From positions 480,001 through 544,000 of the forward strand of contig CBDBCZ010000019.1 in assembly GCA_965203295.1 (NCBI GenBank): a DNA stretch of 64,000 bases, given 5' to 3'. Shown piece by piece: positions 1-15,980 of this stretch; within the stretch, counting starts at the first letter, position 1, and every line of letters begins with the position of its first letter. Under the pieces are notes generated by a model, which worked only from the letters and a program-made list of their open reading frames with translations, searched no databases and was not told the origin of the DNA. A program made the position numbers and the translations under genes. This DNA is from Nitrospirales bacterium (GTDB taxonomy: Bacteria > Nitrospirota > Nitrospiria > Nitrospirales > UBA8639).

Positions 1-97
1 TTTTGCCGAAACAAAAGTGCCTCGTCGCGCGGGGGCGAAAACCCGCTTATAAATAAATCAAAACTTGGATTCCCGATTAAAAATGTCGGGAATGACG
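1..97. repeat. REP/MITE-like palindromic intergenic element, probably cut by the window edge
   Basis: Imperfect hairpin ATTCCCGA-ttaaaaatg-TCGGGAAT near 69-93 and a GC-rich stem near 29-46, just downstream of the maf stop. Only one copy in the window. Confidence 0.3.
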
Positions 98-129
98 GTG
101 TGAAATTCTATGGTCAACTAACAAACTCT

Positions 130-759
130 TTAAGAAAAATCCTTCCAGTTAGCATAGGGTTTAACTCGATAAATCTCCTCAATAGAATTACCCAACTTCA
201 CCCCCTGTTCCTCAAGCAATTTAGCAGTCCGCCAGAGTGGCAATCCGACAATCGTGGGGTAATCTCCTTCAATCTTTTCAATTAACCGCGCCCCTTCTCC
301 TTGAATAGAATATGCGCCAGCTTTCCCCAGACTTTCTTCTGTGTTCAGGTAACGGAGCAGTTCATCGCGATCGAAAGGTTTGATCCAGACGTAAGCCGTT
401 TCAATGAAAACGACTGAAAAGTCTGTAGATTTTTGAATCAGCGCGATGCCAGTGTGCACCTGGTGGCAACGTCCTCGCAGTTTTCGCAGCATGGTTTCTG
501 CTTCTATGAGATCTTGGGACTTGCCTAACGGTGTTCCCTCAATTTCGATAAGAGTATCACTGCCTATAACCAGGGCTTGAGGGTGATGATCCGAGATGGA
601 TTGGGCTTTGTCTCGTGCAAATTGTCTGGCTTGCTCGCTTGGTGAGAGATGGGGTGAAACAATTTCCTCACAGATGGGCGGGATAACGTCAAACATGATT
701 CCAAGCAACGCGAGTAATTCTCGTCGGCGTGGGGAAGTTGAGGCAAGGATTACTTGCAA
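130..759 (-). CDS. maf: Maf family nucleoside triphosphate pyrophosphatase
   Basis: N-terminal ILASTSPRRRELL, then IGSDT, KAGAYSIQG and IVGLP motifs. Confidence 0.93.
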   Translation of the reverse strand: MQVILASTSPRRRELLALLGIMFDVIPPICEEIVSPHLSPSEQARQFARDKAQSISDHHPQALVIGSDTLIEIEGTPLGKSQDLIEAETMLRKLRGRCHQVHTGIALIQKSTDFSVVFIETAYVWIKPFDRDELLRYLNTEESLGKAGAYSIQGEGARLIEKIEGDYPTIVGLPLWRTAKLLEEQGVKLGNSIEEIYRVKPYANWKDFS

Positions 760-1922
760 AGGGAAAATCCCGCTTCTTGAGTCGGGACAGCGTGAGTTGT
801 CGAGCTAATCTGGGAAGGAGTGTGACCATCCAAGTATTTAGTAAGAATCTGCTCCACATCCTGCGTACAGGTGGTCCTGACCATTTGGGCTCGCATAGCT
901 GCGGCATGAGGAAATCCCGAACAATACCAAGCTAGGTGCTTTCTCATGCGAGGGAACCTTTCCCTTCCATTCTGTTCTTCGAACAAGCTGGCATGTTCAA
1001 CCATTCTATTGAATCGTTCATGAAGACTGATTCCAGTGGGTGAGTTAAGGAGTAGCTCTTTCCTCTGTGCGGCATGCCGAATGGCAATTTTCTCTTGAAA
1101 TATCCAAGGGTTTCCCAAGGCTCCTCGTCCAATTAAGACTCCATCGACTGCGCTCGAATGGATTCGGTAGATGGCATCTTGAGGCGACCGAATGTCTCCA
1201 TTGCCGAGCGCGAGGATTCCCTTGCCTTGAATGATGCGGGAGGCAAGGCGTATCGCTTCCCAATCAGCCTCTCCTTTGTACATTTGGGCTAATGTCCGTC
1301 CATGAATGGAAATCACCTCTGGGCCCCCTTCCGCCAAACACTCACTCCATTCATCAATAATCACTTTGTCAAAACCTAGCCGGGTTTTTACGGATACAGG
1401 TAGAGCTTGTCGAACACTCGTCGAGATGGGACCTTGTCGCTGGTGTTGCTCCGCATGAGTTTTGCGAATGATTGAGGATTTGACTCCCCCGTCCTTCAAG
1501 GTTTGCCCTTCTGACCAATCCTTAATACCTTCTTTGGTTGAGGCGATGATTTTTAACGCGAGTTCTGGAGTTCGAATCAAACCCGCACCGGAACCTGAGG
1601 CGGCGACGTTTTTTGAAGGACACCCCATGTTGATATCGAGGCCGTCAAAACCCAACTCACAGATGATTTGCGCCGCTTGGTAGAACAGGGCTGGTTCCTT
1701 TCCATACACCTGTGCCACAATGGGCCGCTCAAATTCAGAATACCTGAGTGTTTCAAAGCCCATGCCCTTGCCTAAACAAATATCCCCAACGTTGGTGAAT
1801 TCGGTAAACACGACATCTGGGCGGCCATGAATGGCCACGATTTGCCGAAAAGCTGCATCCGTGACGCCATCCATTGGAGCAAGGCCAACAATGGGGGTAG
1901 GGAGATGCCGCCAAAAACTCAT
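750..1922 (-). CDS. dus: tRNA-dihydrouridine synthase (Dus family)
   Basis: LAPMDGVTD, DINMGCP, SVKTRLG, IHGRT, GNGDI and IGRGALGNPW motifs. Confidence 0.93.
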   Translation of the reverse strand: MSFWRHLPTPIVGLAPMDGVTDAAFRQIVAIHGRPDVVFTEFTNVGDICLGKGMGFETLRYSEFERPIVAQVYGKEPALFYQAAQIICELGFDGLDINMGCPSKNVAASGSGAGLIRTPELALKIIASTKEGIKDWSEGQTLKDGGVKSSIIRKTHAEQHQRQGPISTSVRQALPVSVKTRLGFDKVIIDEWSECLAEGGPEVISIHGRTLAQMYKGEADWEAIRLASRIIQGKGILALGNGDIRSPQDAIYRIHSSAVDGVLIGRGALGNPWIFQEKIAIRHAAQRKELLLNSPTGISLHERFNRMVEHASLFEEQNGRERFPRMRKHLAWYCSGFPHAAAMRAQMVRTTCTQDVEQILTKYLDGHTPSQISSTTHAVPTQEAGFSLCK

Positions 1923-2141
1923 CTTGGGATCCTCTGATGCGTTCGTTTTTTTCTGTTCATGAATAGATACGGACTTTATCCATTTTACTGAAAAGTCATT
2001 GGTCTAAGGTCCAACATGATACAATATCACGGGAAATAAAAAGAAATACAAATGTGCGTTTGCTATAGAGGAGAAGTCGATTCAAACTTCTTTTACGATT
2101 TTGTTCGAAGCAAAGCACCAATCGACTGATCGGATACACCT

Positions 2142-3200
2142 ATGCCTTCATCAAAAGTAGAGCAATATTTACAACTGATTGACAAAGTCAAAGACTTAAT
2201 AGCTCAGCATAACGGTGAACCCAAGACGCTCTTCCTTCAGGAAATGTTAGTGGGGGTGCTGAAATTTTATGACACCCCTTTAGATGTCTTGGATGTGAAG
2301 ATTTTGAATCGGGCTATAAAAGAACTTCGCTACGCCTTTCAAGTTTTTCACCCTTATCGACATTGTCCTAAGGTGAGCATTTTTGGGTCAGCTCGAACGT
2401 CCCCAGAAGACCCTGATTTTCAATTAGCCTATCGCTTTGGACGATTGTTAAGTCAAAAGGGTTTTATGGTGATCACTGGAGTTGGCGACGGCATCATGTG
2501 GGCTGGTCACAAAGGGGCTGGAAAAGAAAAGAGCTTTGGGGTCAATATCATGCTTCTTTTCGAACAAGCCCCCAATTCCACCATCATCGATGATCCCAAA
2601 TTGGTGAACCTCAAATACCTTTTTACTCGGAAGCTTTTGTTTGTCCGAGAATCCCATGCAACGGCTCTTTTCCCTGGAGGATTTGGAACTCTTGACGAAG
2701 CTTTTGAGGTGTTAACGCTTATTCAAACGGGGAAAACTGATCCAACGCCTGTTCTGTGTTTACAAGCCCCGGAATCGGACTATTGGAATAGGTGGTTAGA
2801 TTTTGTGACTGGACAACTTCTACCCCGGAAATTGATTTGTGACTCTGATCTTCACTTATTTAAGATTTTTGACGATGAAGCGGCTGCTGTCGAGGAAATC
2901 CAAAATTTTTATCGAAATTTTCATTCCATCCGATTTGTGGAAGACAATCTCCTTATCAGGCTTAAAGCCCCGCTGACTCCCGAGGAATTGGTGTACGCCA
3001 ACTCGGAGTTTTTGGATCTTCTCGTCGATGGCGTGATGACCTAGCAAGGGCCCTTTCCCGAAGAACACGATGAACCAGAATTAGAGAACCTCACCAGACT
3101 GGCTTTTCACTATAATCGTCGAAGCGCCGGGCGGCTCCGACAACTGATTGATTGGCTGAATTCCGTTCAATCGTGCAAACACGAATCTGCAAGCTGGTAA
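2142..3200 (+). pseudogene. LOG/lysine-decarboxylase-like family protein with an in-frame TAG at 3042-3044
   Basis: VSIFGSART and PGGFGTLDE motifs. The frame stays open and protein-like after the TAG (QGPFPEEHDEPELENLTRLAFHYNRRSAGRLRQLIDWLN...TAA 3200). Several conserved motifs look eroded (ITGVGDGIMW, NIMLLFEQ). Confidence 0.8.
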
Positions 3201-3300
3201 TCCTCGCTTTCGTTCACACAAAATTCTGGTTTGGAGTCAAGAGAACGGGTCTAGGGCTTTGTCTTAAGAAATAATCATGTTATTGTCAGGTACATAGGCT

Positions 3301-4170
3301 ATGGAAATTATGGATCGTCTGAAAACACCAATGTTCACGAAGAGCATCCCTTCACTCCAGGTGGTCCTCTATCATGCTGATTGCCCCGATGGTTTTGGAG
3401 CTGCCTGGGCCTTATGGAAGCGTTTCCCTCAAGCTACGTTCATCCCGGTGAAGCATGGAAAGGAACCACCGGCAGGCTTACAGGGCCAACATGTCATGAT
3501 GGTCGATTTCAGTTATCCAAGAGACATCATCGAAGGATTAGCTGATCGCGCAGCCAGCCTTCACATTTTAGATCATCATATTACGGCTCAACAGGCACTC
3601 TCAGGGCTCCCCTATGCCTATTTTGAAATGAATAAGAGTGGTGCCGTCTTGGCTTGGGAGTGGGCTCATGCGGAGCCGGTCCCCTGGCTTTTGCAGTATA
3701 TTCAAGATAAAGATCTGTGGACCTGGAAACTTCCGAATAGCCGCGAAATCAATGCGGCGTTGGCTTCTTATCCCTATGACTTTGAAGCCTGGAACAGCCT
3801 TAAACAGGATGTGCTCGAGGTCGAAGGAAGGGCCATTCTTCGGTATGAAAGTGCCCTGATTGGCAATATTGTGAGTGAAGCTGTGTTCGTGTCCTTTGAA
3901 GGAGAGGTTGTGCCTGCTGTCTACAGTCCAGTCCTCAACAGCCAGATCGGGGAACGTTTCTGTCAGGATTACCCATTTTGCATCATTTGGCACCAAAAGG
4001 ATGGACGACGGTATTTCAGTTTGCGCTCTCGTCGCGGTACAGATGTATCGGCTATTGCTACCAAGTATAGTGGAGGCGGGCATCTCAACGCAGCAGGATT
4101 CTCGATCTCCTTAGATTCAGAGATGGATCTCCGCTTAAACCCTCTGAGTGGGTTAATACTCCCAACATAA
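3301..4170 (+). CDS. DHH/DHHA1 family phosphoesterase
   Basis: YHADCPDG, VDFS, LDHH, and C-terminal SLRS...GGGHLNAAGF. Confidence 0.88.
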   Translation: MEIMDRLKTPMFTKSIPSLQVVLYHADCPDGFGAAWALWKRFPQATFIPVKHGKEPPAGLQGQHVMMVDFSYPRDIIEGLADRAASLHILDHHITAQQALSGLPYAYFEMNKSGAVLAWEWAHAEPVPWLLQYIQDKDLWTWKLPNSREINAALASYPYDFEAWNSLKQDVLEVEGRAILRYESALIGNIVSEAVFVSFEGEVVPAVYSPVLNSQIGERFCQDYPFCIIWHQKDGRRYFSLRSRRGTDVSAIATKYSGGGHLNAAGFSISLDSEMDLRLNPLSGLILPT

Positions 4171-4212
4171 ACTGCCTGGCTCCCTCCCCTTCGAAGTCCA
4201 AAAGGCTCAACC

Positions 4213-4932
4213 ATGATTCCGCTTCACGATGACAACCCAACGGAAATCACCCCGTTTGTGACCATTGCATTTATTGCTGGTTGTATACTGGTCTTTCTCA
4301 ACCAAGTTTCGTTATCAAACCAGATGGGGGAATTGTTTGTGTACAAATATGGGGCTATCCCAGCCGTGGTTTTCGGCTATGCTGAATTGCCCGCAGAATT
4401 TGTGGCTCTTCCTGCCTATTGGACCTTAGTCAGCAGTATGTTTCTTCATGGTGGGTGGATGCACTTGATAGGGAATATGCTCTACCTTTGGATATTTGGA
4501 AATAATATTGAAGATGTCATGGGACATGTGAAATTCATCGTGTTTTACATGGCATGTGGAATATTGGCTGCATTAAGCCATGCCTTAATCGACACCAATT
4601 CCACTGTTCCAATGGTCGGAGCCAGCGGTGCGATATCAGGAGTTCTTGGAGCTTATCTGTTGCTCTTTCCTCGTGCTCAGGTGCTAGTGCTCATTCCCTT
4701 GGGATTTTTTACGCGAATGATGTACATTCCCGCATGGATCGTGTTGGGCCTATGGTTTGTCCTGCAAGTTCTCAGCGGCGGAATGAGCTTGGGACGCGAG
4801 GGAGGAGGGGTGGCCTTTTTTGCGCATATTGGGGGGTTTGTCGCGGGAATAGGTCTTATTGGGTTGCTTAAGAATCCTCAGGTTCGCTTTCTTAATCCAC
4901 CTCATTCGCACCCGCGATCGTGGGATTGGTGA
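4213..4932 (+). CDS. Rhomboid family intramembrane serine protease
   Basis: SMFLHGGWMHLIGNM, GASG catalytic Ser, AHIGGF catalytic His, multiple TM segments. Confidence 0.93.
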   Translation: MIPLHDDNPTEITPFVTIAFIAGCILVFLNQVSLSNQMGELFVYKYGAIPAVVFGYAELPAEFVALPAYWTLVSSMFLHGGWMHLIGNMLYLWIFGNNIEDVMGHVKFIVFYMACGILAALSHALIDTNSTVPMVGASGAISGVLGAYLLLFPRAQVLVLIPLGFFTRMMYIPAWIVLGLWFVLQVLSGGMSLGREGGGVAFFAHIGGFVAGIGLIGLLKNPQVRFLNPPHSHPRSWDW

Positions 4933-5010
4933 TGGATCAACGCAGGAATACATAGCAAGAGCTACAAATCATTTTATTTATCGCGCAATCAATTTTTATT
5001 CCTATAAGTC

Positions 5011-5039
5011 TTGACAAGCATAGGGGAATGAGATATTTT
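5011..5039 (+). promoter_or_regulatory. Putative sigma70 rrn promoter
   Basis: TTGACA (5011-5016), 17-nt spacer, TATTTT (5034-5039), with an AT-rich upstream region. Confidence 0.6.
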
Positions 5040-5059
5040 TCTCACGTTTCGTGAAGACC

Positions 5060-5072
5060 TGTTCTTTGAAAA
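5060..5072 (+). promoter_or_regulatory. rrn leader boxA antitermination site (second copy at 7061-7072)
   Basis: TGTTCTTTGAAAA upstream of the 16S and TGTTCTTTGACA upstream of the 23S. Confidence 0.75.
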
Positions 5073-5145
5073 TTGAATAACCGTAAGAACGGTATCAAAG
5101 TGTATTGAAGTGGCGGCCCTTAAAAGAGTTAATTAAAAGAGTTAA

Positions 5146-6690
<1,545 letters not shown>

Positions 6691-6768
6691 CATAGCTCCT
6701 CAAGAAGCAAATTTACAGGGCCGCCACTTAAATGCACCGTTCTTGATGTTCTTTGTGGCCAATGTGCT

Positions 6769-6845
<77 letters not shown>

Positions 6846-6927
6846 TCTGAGTGGCTGAGCGGTAACTCAGCAGACAAGCTCAGCTGAGAAACATGAATAT
6901 CTATCAGCACCATTCAATTGAGAATGA

Positions 6928-7003
6928 GGGGCTGTAGCTCAGTTGGGAGAGCGCCTGCTTTGCAAGCAGGGTGTCGGCGGTTCGAGTCCGCTCAGCTCCA
7001 CCA
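6928..7003 (+). tRNA. tRNA-Ala(TGC)
   Basis: GGGGCTG acceptor stem, anticodon loop TTTGCAA, TTCGA T-loop, encoded CCA. Confidence 0.97.
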
Positions 7004-7118
7004 GTTCTGATCTCAACTACAGATTTTCGTGAGTCTGTTTCTGTGATGGGCTTTCACGAATGTTCTTTGACAATTAAATAGACCATAATCAAAGGTCATG
7101 TGTATCAGGAGCAAATAT

Positions 7119-10417
<3,299 letters not shown>

Positions 10418-10461
10418 TTAATATTGCTCCTGATAGACGTGACCTTCGAAAATTCAAGAGT

Positions 10462-10579
<118 letters not shown>

Positions 10580-10585
10580 TATTTC

Positions 10586-10619
10586 AGAGCCCGCTGATCT
10601 TGAGATCAGCGGGCTCTTT
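10586..10619 (+). terminator. Intrinsic terminator of the rrn operon
   Basis: Perfect inverted repeat AGAGCCCGCTGATCT-tg-AGATCAGCGGGCTCT followed by T residues. Confidence 0.8.
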
Positions 10620-11182
10620 ATCTTGCGAGAGAAGCGGCGAAATGATCGAGAGAGTATTGTGGTGTACCCATAGGTGAAATGGCTCTCTCTCCGAACATAT
10701 GACAAGGAGGATGGATTTTACTCGATAGGTGCCGCGTTGTCTCCTATAAGTGGGTCTATTTGGCCATTCGTCCTGCCAATACAATGGGATTTCAGCTGAA
10801 AATCATTGAGGCAGGATTAGGAAGTAAGAAACGACTGAGACGTATGGCAGGCTAGACCGTGAAGATGATTGGATGGCAATCTGATCAAGTCATGAGGAAA
10901 CACTATGGCTGCGAGAAGGCCGTAGTCTTTGCAGAGGAAGAGGATTGTGGTATCGTTTGGCTCGAGACTATGGGCTGCGGCAAGCTGGTCATTGGATAAA
11001 CTAAAGATGTGTGCGAGGAACTGTCGTTTCAATCGATGAACGAGTCTGGGGTCCCTTTGCCTCATCCGAAGGATTATGTTAACGAGGCATATCAAGCATG
11101 AGAGCAAAGTCGAGATTGCGGCTAAGGCTTAGCTAAAGTAGGCCCACACCTCGACTTTCATCTCAGCATTCAACTGGATTGT

Positions 11183-12190
11183 ATGAAGCGAGCTTTAATC
11201 ACAGGGATCACGGGTCAGGATGGATCGTACTTGGCAGAACTCCTGCTCGAAAAGGGGTATGAGGTACACGGTATAGTTCGTCGCGTAGCCATCGAAGATC
11301 CTATGTATCGTTTCTGGCGCATTCTGCATATCAAGGACCAAGTGAATCTCCATGCGGCTTCACTCGAGAGTTTCCCAAGCATTTACAGGGTCTTTCAAAC
11401 GGTCAAGCCAGACGAATGTTACCACCTTGCCGCTCAGAGTTTTGTGGCGAACTCATTTGATGACGAATTCTCGACACTCAATGCTAACGTGACTGGGACG
11501 CACTTTGTGTTAAGCGCCTTAAGGGACTGCGTTCCTGATTGCCGATTCTATTTCGCGGCATCAAGCGAAATGTTTGGCAAGGTCGCGGAGATTCCGCAGA
11601 CGGAACGCACCAGCTTTCATCCCCGCTCAGCGTATGGCATCTCCAAGGTGACCGGCTTTCATTTAACCACGAACTATCGCGAAGCCTACGGAATTAAAGC
11701 GACTTCTGGCATCCTGTATAATCATGAATCGCCGCGGCGTGGATTTGAATTCGTGACGAGAAAAATCACGTCCCACGCCGTGCGCATCAAGTTAGGCCTT
11801 GCCAAGCAATTGCGACTCGGAAATCTTGACGCCAAGCGAGATTGGGGGCATGCAGCGGATTACATCTATGCGATGTGGCTCATACTGCAACAGGAAGAGC
11901 CAGAGGACTATGTGATCTCGACGGGAGAGCAACACACCGTTCGAGAATTTACCGAAGCGGCTTTTGCCCATCTAGGGTTAGACTATCGCGAGTATGTGGT
12001 CGTAGACCAACAATTCCTAAGGCCTGCCGATGTGGAGACCCTTCTAGGTGATGCGACCAAGGCAAAGCAAACTCTAGGCTGGTCGTGCAAGACCACTTTT
12101 AAGGAATTGGTCAAAGAAATGGTCGAAGCAGATCTCAAACTTTTTCAGGAAGCCCGGCAACCTCAGCCTTTGCGCAGGTCCAGATTGTAG
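11183..12190 (+). CDS. gmd: GDP-mannose 4,6-dehydratase
   Basis: ALITGITGQDGSYLAE, SSEMFG, YxxxK (YGISK), NHESPRRG, FVTRKI, LGNLDAKRDWG. Confidence 0.96.
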   Translation: MKRALITGITGQDGSYLAELLLEKGYEVHGIVRRVAIEDPMYRFWRILHIKDQVNLHAASLESFPSIYRVFQTVKPDECYHLAAQSFVANSFDDEFSTLNANVTGTHFVLSALRDCVPDCRFYFAASSEMFGKVAEIPQTERTSFHPRSAYGISKVTGFHLTTNYREAYGIKATSGILYNHESPRRGFEFVTRKITSHAVRIKLGLAKQLRLGNLDAKRDWGHAADYIYAMWLILQQEEPEDYVISTGEQHTVREFTEAAFAHLGLDYREYVVVDQQFLRPADVETLLGDATKAKQTLGWSCKTTFKELVKEMVEADLKLFQEARQPQPLRRSRL

Positions 12191-13076
12191 ATGCCAGCGT
12201 CCACGCGCGTGAGATGTACTCAAAAATTTAAAAGTGATTAGAAAACATGAGTCGGTGGAATTCGTAACCCGCCTTTATCCTGTCATCCACAAGGTTGTCT
12301 GTAAGCAATTACAATATCTGTATGACAAGTTGATGGTCGACGATCCCTTATCTATCAATATCTATCAATGCCGATGTTGGCAAGGGTCAGACAAGTTCCG
12401 ATCATCTCTCATTCGCAAGACATTTTCAGATTTGAGTAGCTGCTCTGATCGAGTAGCCAATAAGGTCTAACGTTTCATGCTCAGGCCGGGCTTGACGGAT
12501 GCCATGGATCAGATATTTCTACTTAGGGCTGAGATTATAGAGAAGGATCCAGAAATGTGTGAGACCTATAGAAGGCGGTGAGTATGGATAAAAGGAATAA
12601 CAGGGTTTGTCTATACCGGATACGGCCTAAAATGCGAGTGGGTTCTAGAGTTTGATCATCAAATCTGTAAGATCAGCTTTGAAGAGCAACCTTCCTAATT
12701 CAAGTCTCGTTCTGCGGAGAAGGGGCTGTATGTCTACTATAGCAAGGTAGTGGAAATTGCCAGATCAGATTGTCCATCAGCGCGCGTGCAACCGGAAATC
12801 ACAGAAATCAATAAGCCCATAGAGAGCACGACCTGTCAAGGTCCTGCCGATTTATGGAAGCATGACGTGGCTTGTTACTAAATCGGTTGAATCATTGCTC
12901 AAAGCCTTACAGTCCATTGGTAAAATATCAGGGGCTCAAAGTTGACTGGCCATCCAAAGGAGAACGTCTTACCGCCCAGAAGAGAGCGTATCAGCTACGC
13001 CTTAGCACCTTTGCCATGTTTTATTGGCATAGGATGACTATCACTTCTTATTCGACGCAGCTAGCCAATTGTCCCT

Positions 13077-13931
13077 ATGACCAATATCAACAACAGGCGA
13101 GACTGCGGTGCAGCCAAGAACTCGGGTACGCTGCCCTTTGAAGTCTTTAGAAGTTTTTGGCACCATCGAGATTTGATCGTCCAGATGACCAAGAGGGAAG
13201 TCATAGGGCGTTACCGTGGGTCGGTGCTGGGGTTACTGTGGTCATTTTTTCACCCAATCCTCATACTCGCCGTGTATACGTTTGTCTTCAGCGTGGTTTT
13301 CAAAGCGCGTTGGGGCATGGGATCTGAGAGTAAAACCGAATTTGCGCTGCTTTTGTTTGCTGGATTGATCGTTCATGCGTTCTTTGCCGAATGCGCCAAC
13401 CGTGCCACAACCCTCATGGTGGGCAATGCCAACTATGTCAAGAAAGTCGTGTTCCCGCTGGAAATCCTGCCCTGGGTCTCACTGGGGTCAGCGCTGTTTC
13501 ATGCCGGGGTCAGTGTAGTCGTGCTGGTACTGTTTTATGTGACCATGAATCTCTCTGTAAATTGGACTGTGCTTCTGTTGCCGATCGTGCTGTTTCCACT
13601 TGCGCTCTTGACCATCGGCGTCTCGTGGTTCCTGGCCTCTATCGGCGTCTATTTGCGCGATGTGGGACATACGATTGGGATTGTCACCACTGTCATGTTG
13701 TTTCTCAGCCCCGTGCTGTATCCTGTGTCGGCATTACCGGACAAGTATCAAATCCTGCTCTACATCAACCCGCTGACTTTCATCATTGAGCAGGCTCGTC
13801 ATCTGCTGATCTGGGGCAATCTCCCCTCTTGGGGAGGTCTAGGCGCGTATACAGTTTTCAGTCTCATTGCGGCATGGCTGGGGTTGTTCTGGTTTCAAAA
13901 GACACGTAAAGGGTTTGCCGATGTCCTCTGA
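13077..13931 (+). CDS. wzm: ABC-2 polysaccharide exporter permease
   Basis: RYRGSVLGLLW, YVKKVVFP, LRDVG, NPL, and C-terminal FADVL. About six TM segments. Confidence 0.92.
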   Translation: MTNINNRRDCGAAKNSGTLPFEVFRSFWHHRDLIVQMTKREVIGRYRGSVLGLLWSFFHPILILAVYTFVFSVVFKARWGMGSESKTEFALLLFAGLIVHAFFAECANRATTLMVGNANYVKKVVFPLEILPWVSLGSALFHAGVSVVVLVLFYVTMNLSVNWTVLLLPIVLFPLALLTIGVSWFLASIGVYLRDVGHTIGIVTTVMLFLSPVLYPVSALPDKYQILLYINPLTFIIEQARHLLIWGNLPSWGGLGAYTVFSLIAAWLGLFWFQKTRKGFADVL

Positions 13932-15642
13932 CATCGTCATTCGAGTCAAAAATCTCAGCAAGTGCTATCACATTTATGACAAGCCAAGGGACCGGTTGCT
14001 CCAAAGCCTCTTCCGCGGGAAAAAACAATTTTACCGAGCATTCTGGGCGCTGAAGGATATTTCCTTTGAAGTAGAAAAAGGCGAGACCGTTGGGATCGTC
14101 GGGCGTAATGGGTCCGGCAAGTCTACCCTCTTGCAGATGATTGCTGGGACTCTGACGCCAACCGGTGGTGACCTGATGGTGAATGGCCGAGTCGCCGCCT
14201 TGCTGGAATTGGGCGCAGGCTTCAATCCCGAGTTCACCGGGCGGGAGAATATCTTTATGAATGCCGCAATCCTCGGTTTTACAAGGGAAGAGATCGAACA
14301 GCGGTACCAGGCCATCGCAGCCTTTGCAGATATTGGGGACTTTATTGAGCAGCCGGTAAAAGTCTATTCGAGCGGGATGGTGATGAGGCTGGCGTTTGCC
14401 GTGCAGGCACATGTCGAGCCAGAAATCTTGATTGTGGACGAAGCGTTGGCGGTTGGAGATGTGAACTTTCAGCACAAGTGCATGCGGTGCATGAAGCAGC
14501 TGCTTGAATGTGGCACAACAGTGCTGTTCGTGTCGCACGCTCTGAGTGATGTAAAACGGTTGTGCCAAAGGGCACTTTGGTTGGAAAGCGGGTGCGCTCG
14601 GTTCTTCGGTGAAGCGGGGCTAGCTGTTGAACAGTATCTTGCCTTTATGCGGATGCGCGAAAGGGGTGGAGAAGCGGAGATACCTCAAGGTACTGAACAA
14701 GAGGAAAAAACGGTAACCGCTGCTCATGAATCGGCCGTGCCAATAGATCTTGCCACCCTCCTCATCCCGATAAGAGGCGAGATTGACCTGAGGGAAGACA
14801 GGTTGTTTTTACAGGGCCGTTGGAATTGGACCCTGATGCCCCACACGCCGCTTCTCATTCGTCGTTGCGACGATATCAATGCACTGGCTGGGTTCCAGTT
14901 CTATGGCAATCGCCTAGAACTCCTCTTCTTGCGAGGGCCTTTGAGCGACGCTGTACGGGTGACGATTGATGATTGTGAGAGATTGGTGGAGCTGTTTCAC
15001 CCAACGGAGACATCTCTTGAAAAAGTGAGTTTTGAGCTACCCGTGAGTAGCCATACTGTTCTCTTGACCCGTGCCGACAAACCACAGTTCTCAAAAACGA
15101 GTATATGGTGGATGGGTGGGCGGACGATCCACTCCGTCCCCCTGACCTTTCGGAGCGATCCCTTGTGGCGGCAGAAGTTAGGGGAGACATTGATATATGG
15201 GAATGGTAAGGCACGGTTGACTGCCGTGGAATTATTAGACTATGTGAGTGAGGAACCAGTGACGGAAGTCTCTTTTGGGCAACGGGTTCGCCTGCGGTTG
15301 CATGCGGAGCGGTTACAAGTTGCAGGGCCTCGGTTAGAGTTTTCCTTCATTGTCCGTGACCGAAATCGAATAGACCTCTTTGGCACTACAACAATCGATG
15401 AAGGGATTCGATTAGATGCCAATGCGCGTCGTTATGTGGTGGAGTTTGTTTTTACTGTGAAGCTGGGACCGGGATCGTATTCTATTCTGACGGCCTTTGT
15501 AGAGTGCTCTGAAGACCTCACTCAGATGGTGCCAATGGAGCAAATAGATTTGGCTTGGATTTTCACCACACAGTTCAATCCCAATCGGCCTGTCTGGTAT
15601 GCTTTTCATGAGCCTGTCATTGTCCAGACGCTTGTGGAGTGA
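13921..15642 (+). CDS. wzt: ABC polysaccharide exporter ATPase with an extra internal beta-sandwich module and a C-terminal Wzt_C-like domain
   Basis: Walker A GRNGSGKST, YSSGM signature, DEALAVGD. ATG at 13921 overlaps the end of wzm. Wzt_C-like region starts at YGNGKARL (~15196), with an additional module at ~14782-15130. Confidence 0.92.
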   Translation: MSSDIVIRVKNLSKCYHIYDKPRDRLLQSLFRGKKQFYRAFWALKDISFEVEKGETVGIVGRNGSGKSTLLQMIAGTLTPTGGDLMVNGRVAALLELGAGFNPEFTGRENIFMNAAILGFTREEIEQRYQAIAAFADIGDFIEQPVKVYSSGMVMRLAFAVQAHVEPEILIVDEALAVGDVNFQHKCMRCMKQLLECGTTVLFVSHALSDVKRLCQRALWLESGCARFFGEAGLAVEQYLAFMRMRERGGEAEIPQGTEQEEKTVTAAHESAVPIDLATLLIPIRGEIDLREDRLFLQGRWNWTLMPHTPLLIRRCDDINALAGFQFYGNRLELLFLRGPLSDAVRVTIDDCERLVELFHPTETSLEKVSFELPVSSHTVLLTRADKPQFSKTSIWWMGGRTIHSVPLTFRSDPLWRQKLGETLIYGNGKARLTAVELLDYVSEEPVTEVSFGQRVRLRLHAERLQVAGPRLEFSFIVRDRNRIDLFGTTTIDEGIRLDANARRYVVEFVFTVKLGPGSYSILTAFVECSEDLTQMVPMEQIDLAWIFTTQFNPNRPVWYAFHEPVIVQTLVE

Positions 15643-15960
15643 AAAGCTTTCTTTGGACTGTTATCAGATTGGTCCAACAGTGGCAGGTTTTAACCCCCGA
15701 ACAGGGCCATTAATGAGGCAACAGCGACCATTTCTATCTCCCTATACGCGTGTCCTTGACGCTGGCTGTGCTGCGGGAGCGATGGCGATTGAGCTGGTGA
15801 AGGCGAGTGTGCAATAAGTGGATGCAGTGGACGTTTCTCCGATGGCTCTGCGGGTTGATCGAGACAACACGACTGATTGATATGGATCTTGCCCGCAACG
15901 AGAAAGAATGGTGAACGTTCCATTCGTCCTGCGTTCACCTATGACGATACCAACGAACGA
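15639..15960 (+). pseudogene. Relic of a class I SAM methyltransferase
   Basis: RVLDAGCAAG motif I followed by an in-frame TAA (15815-15817) and then VDAVDVSP. The remainder is short or deleted. Confidence 0.6.
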
Positions 15961-15980
15961 AGGAATAAAGAGGAAATGTT

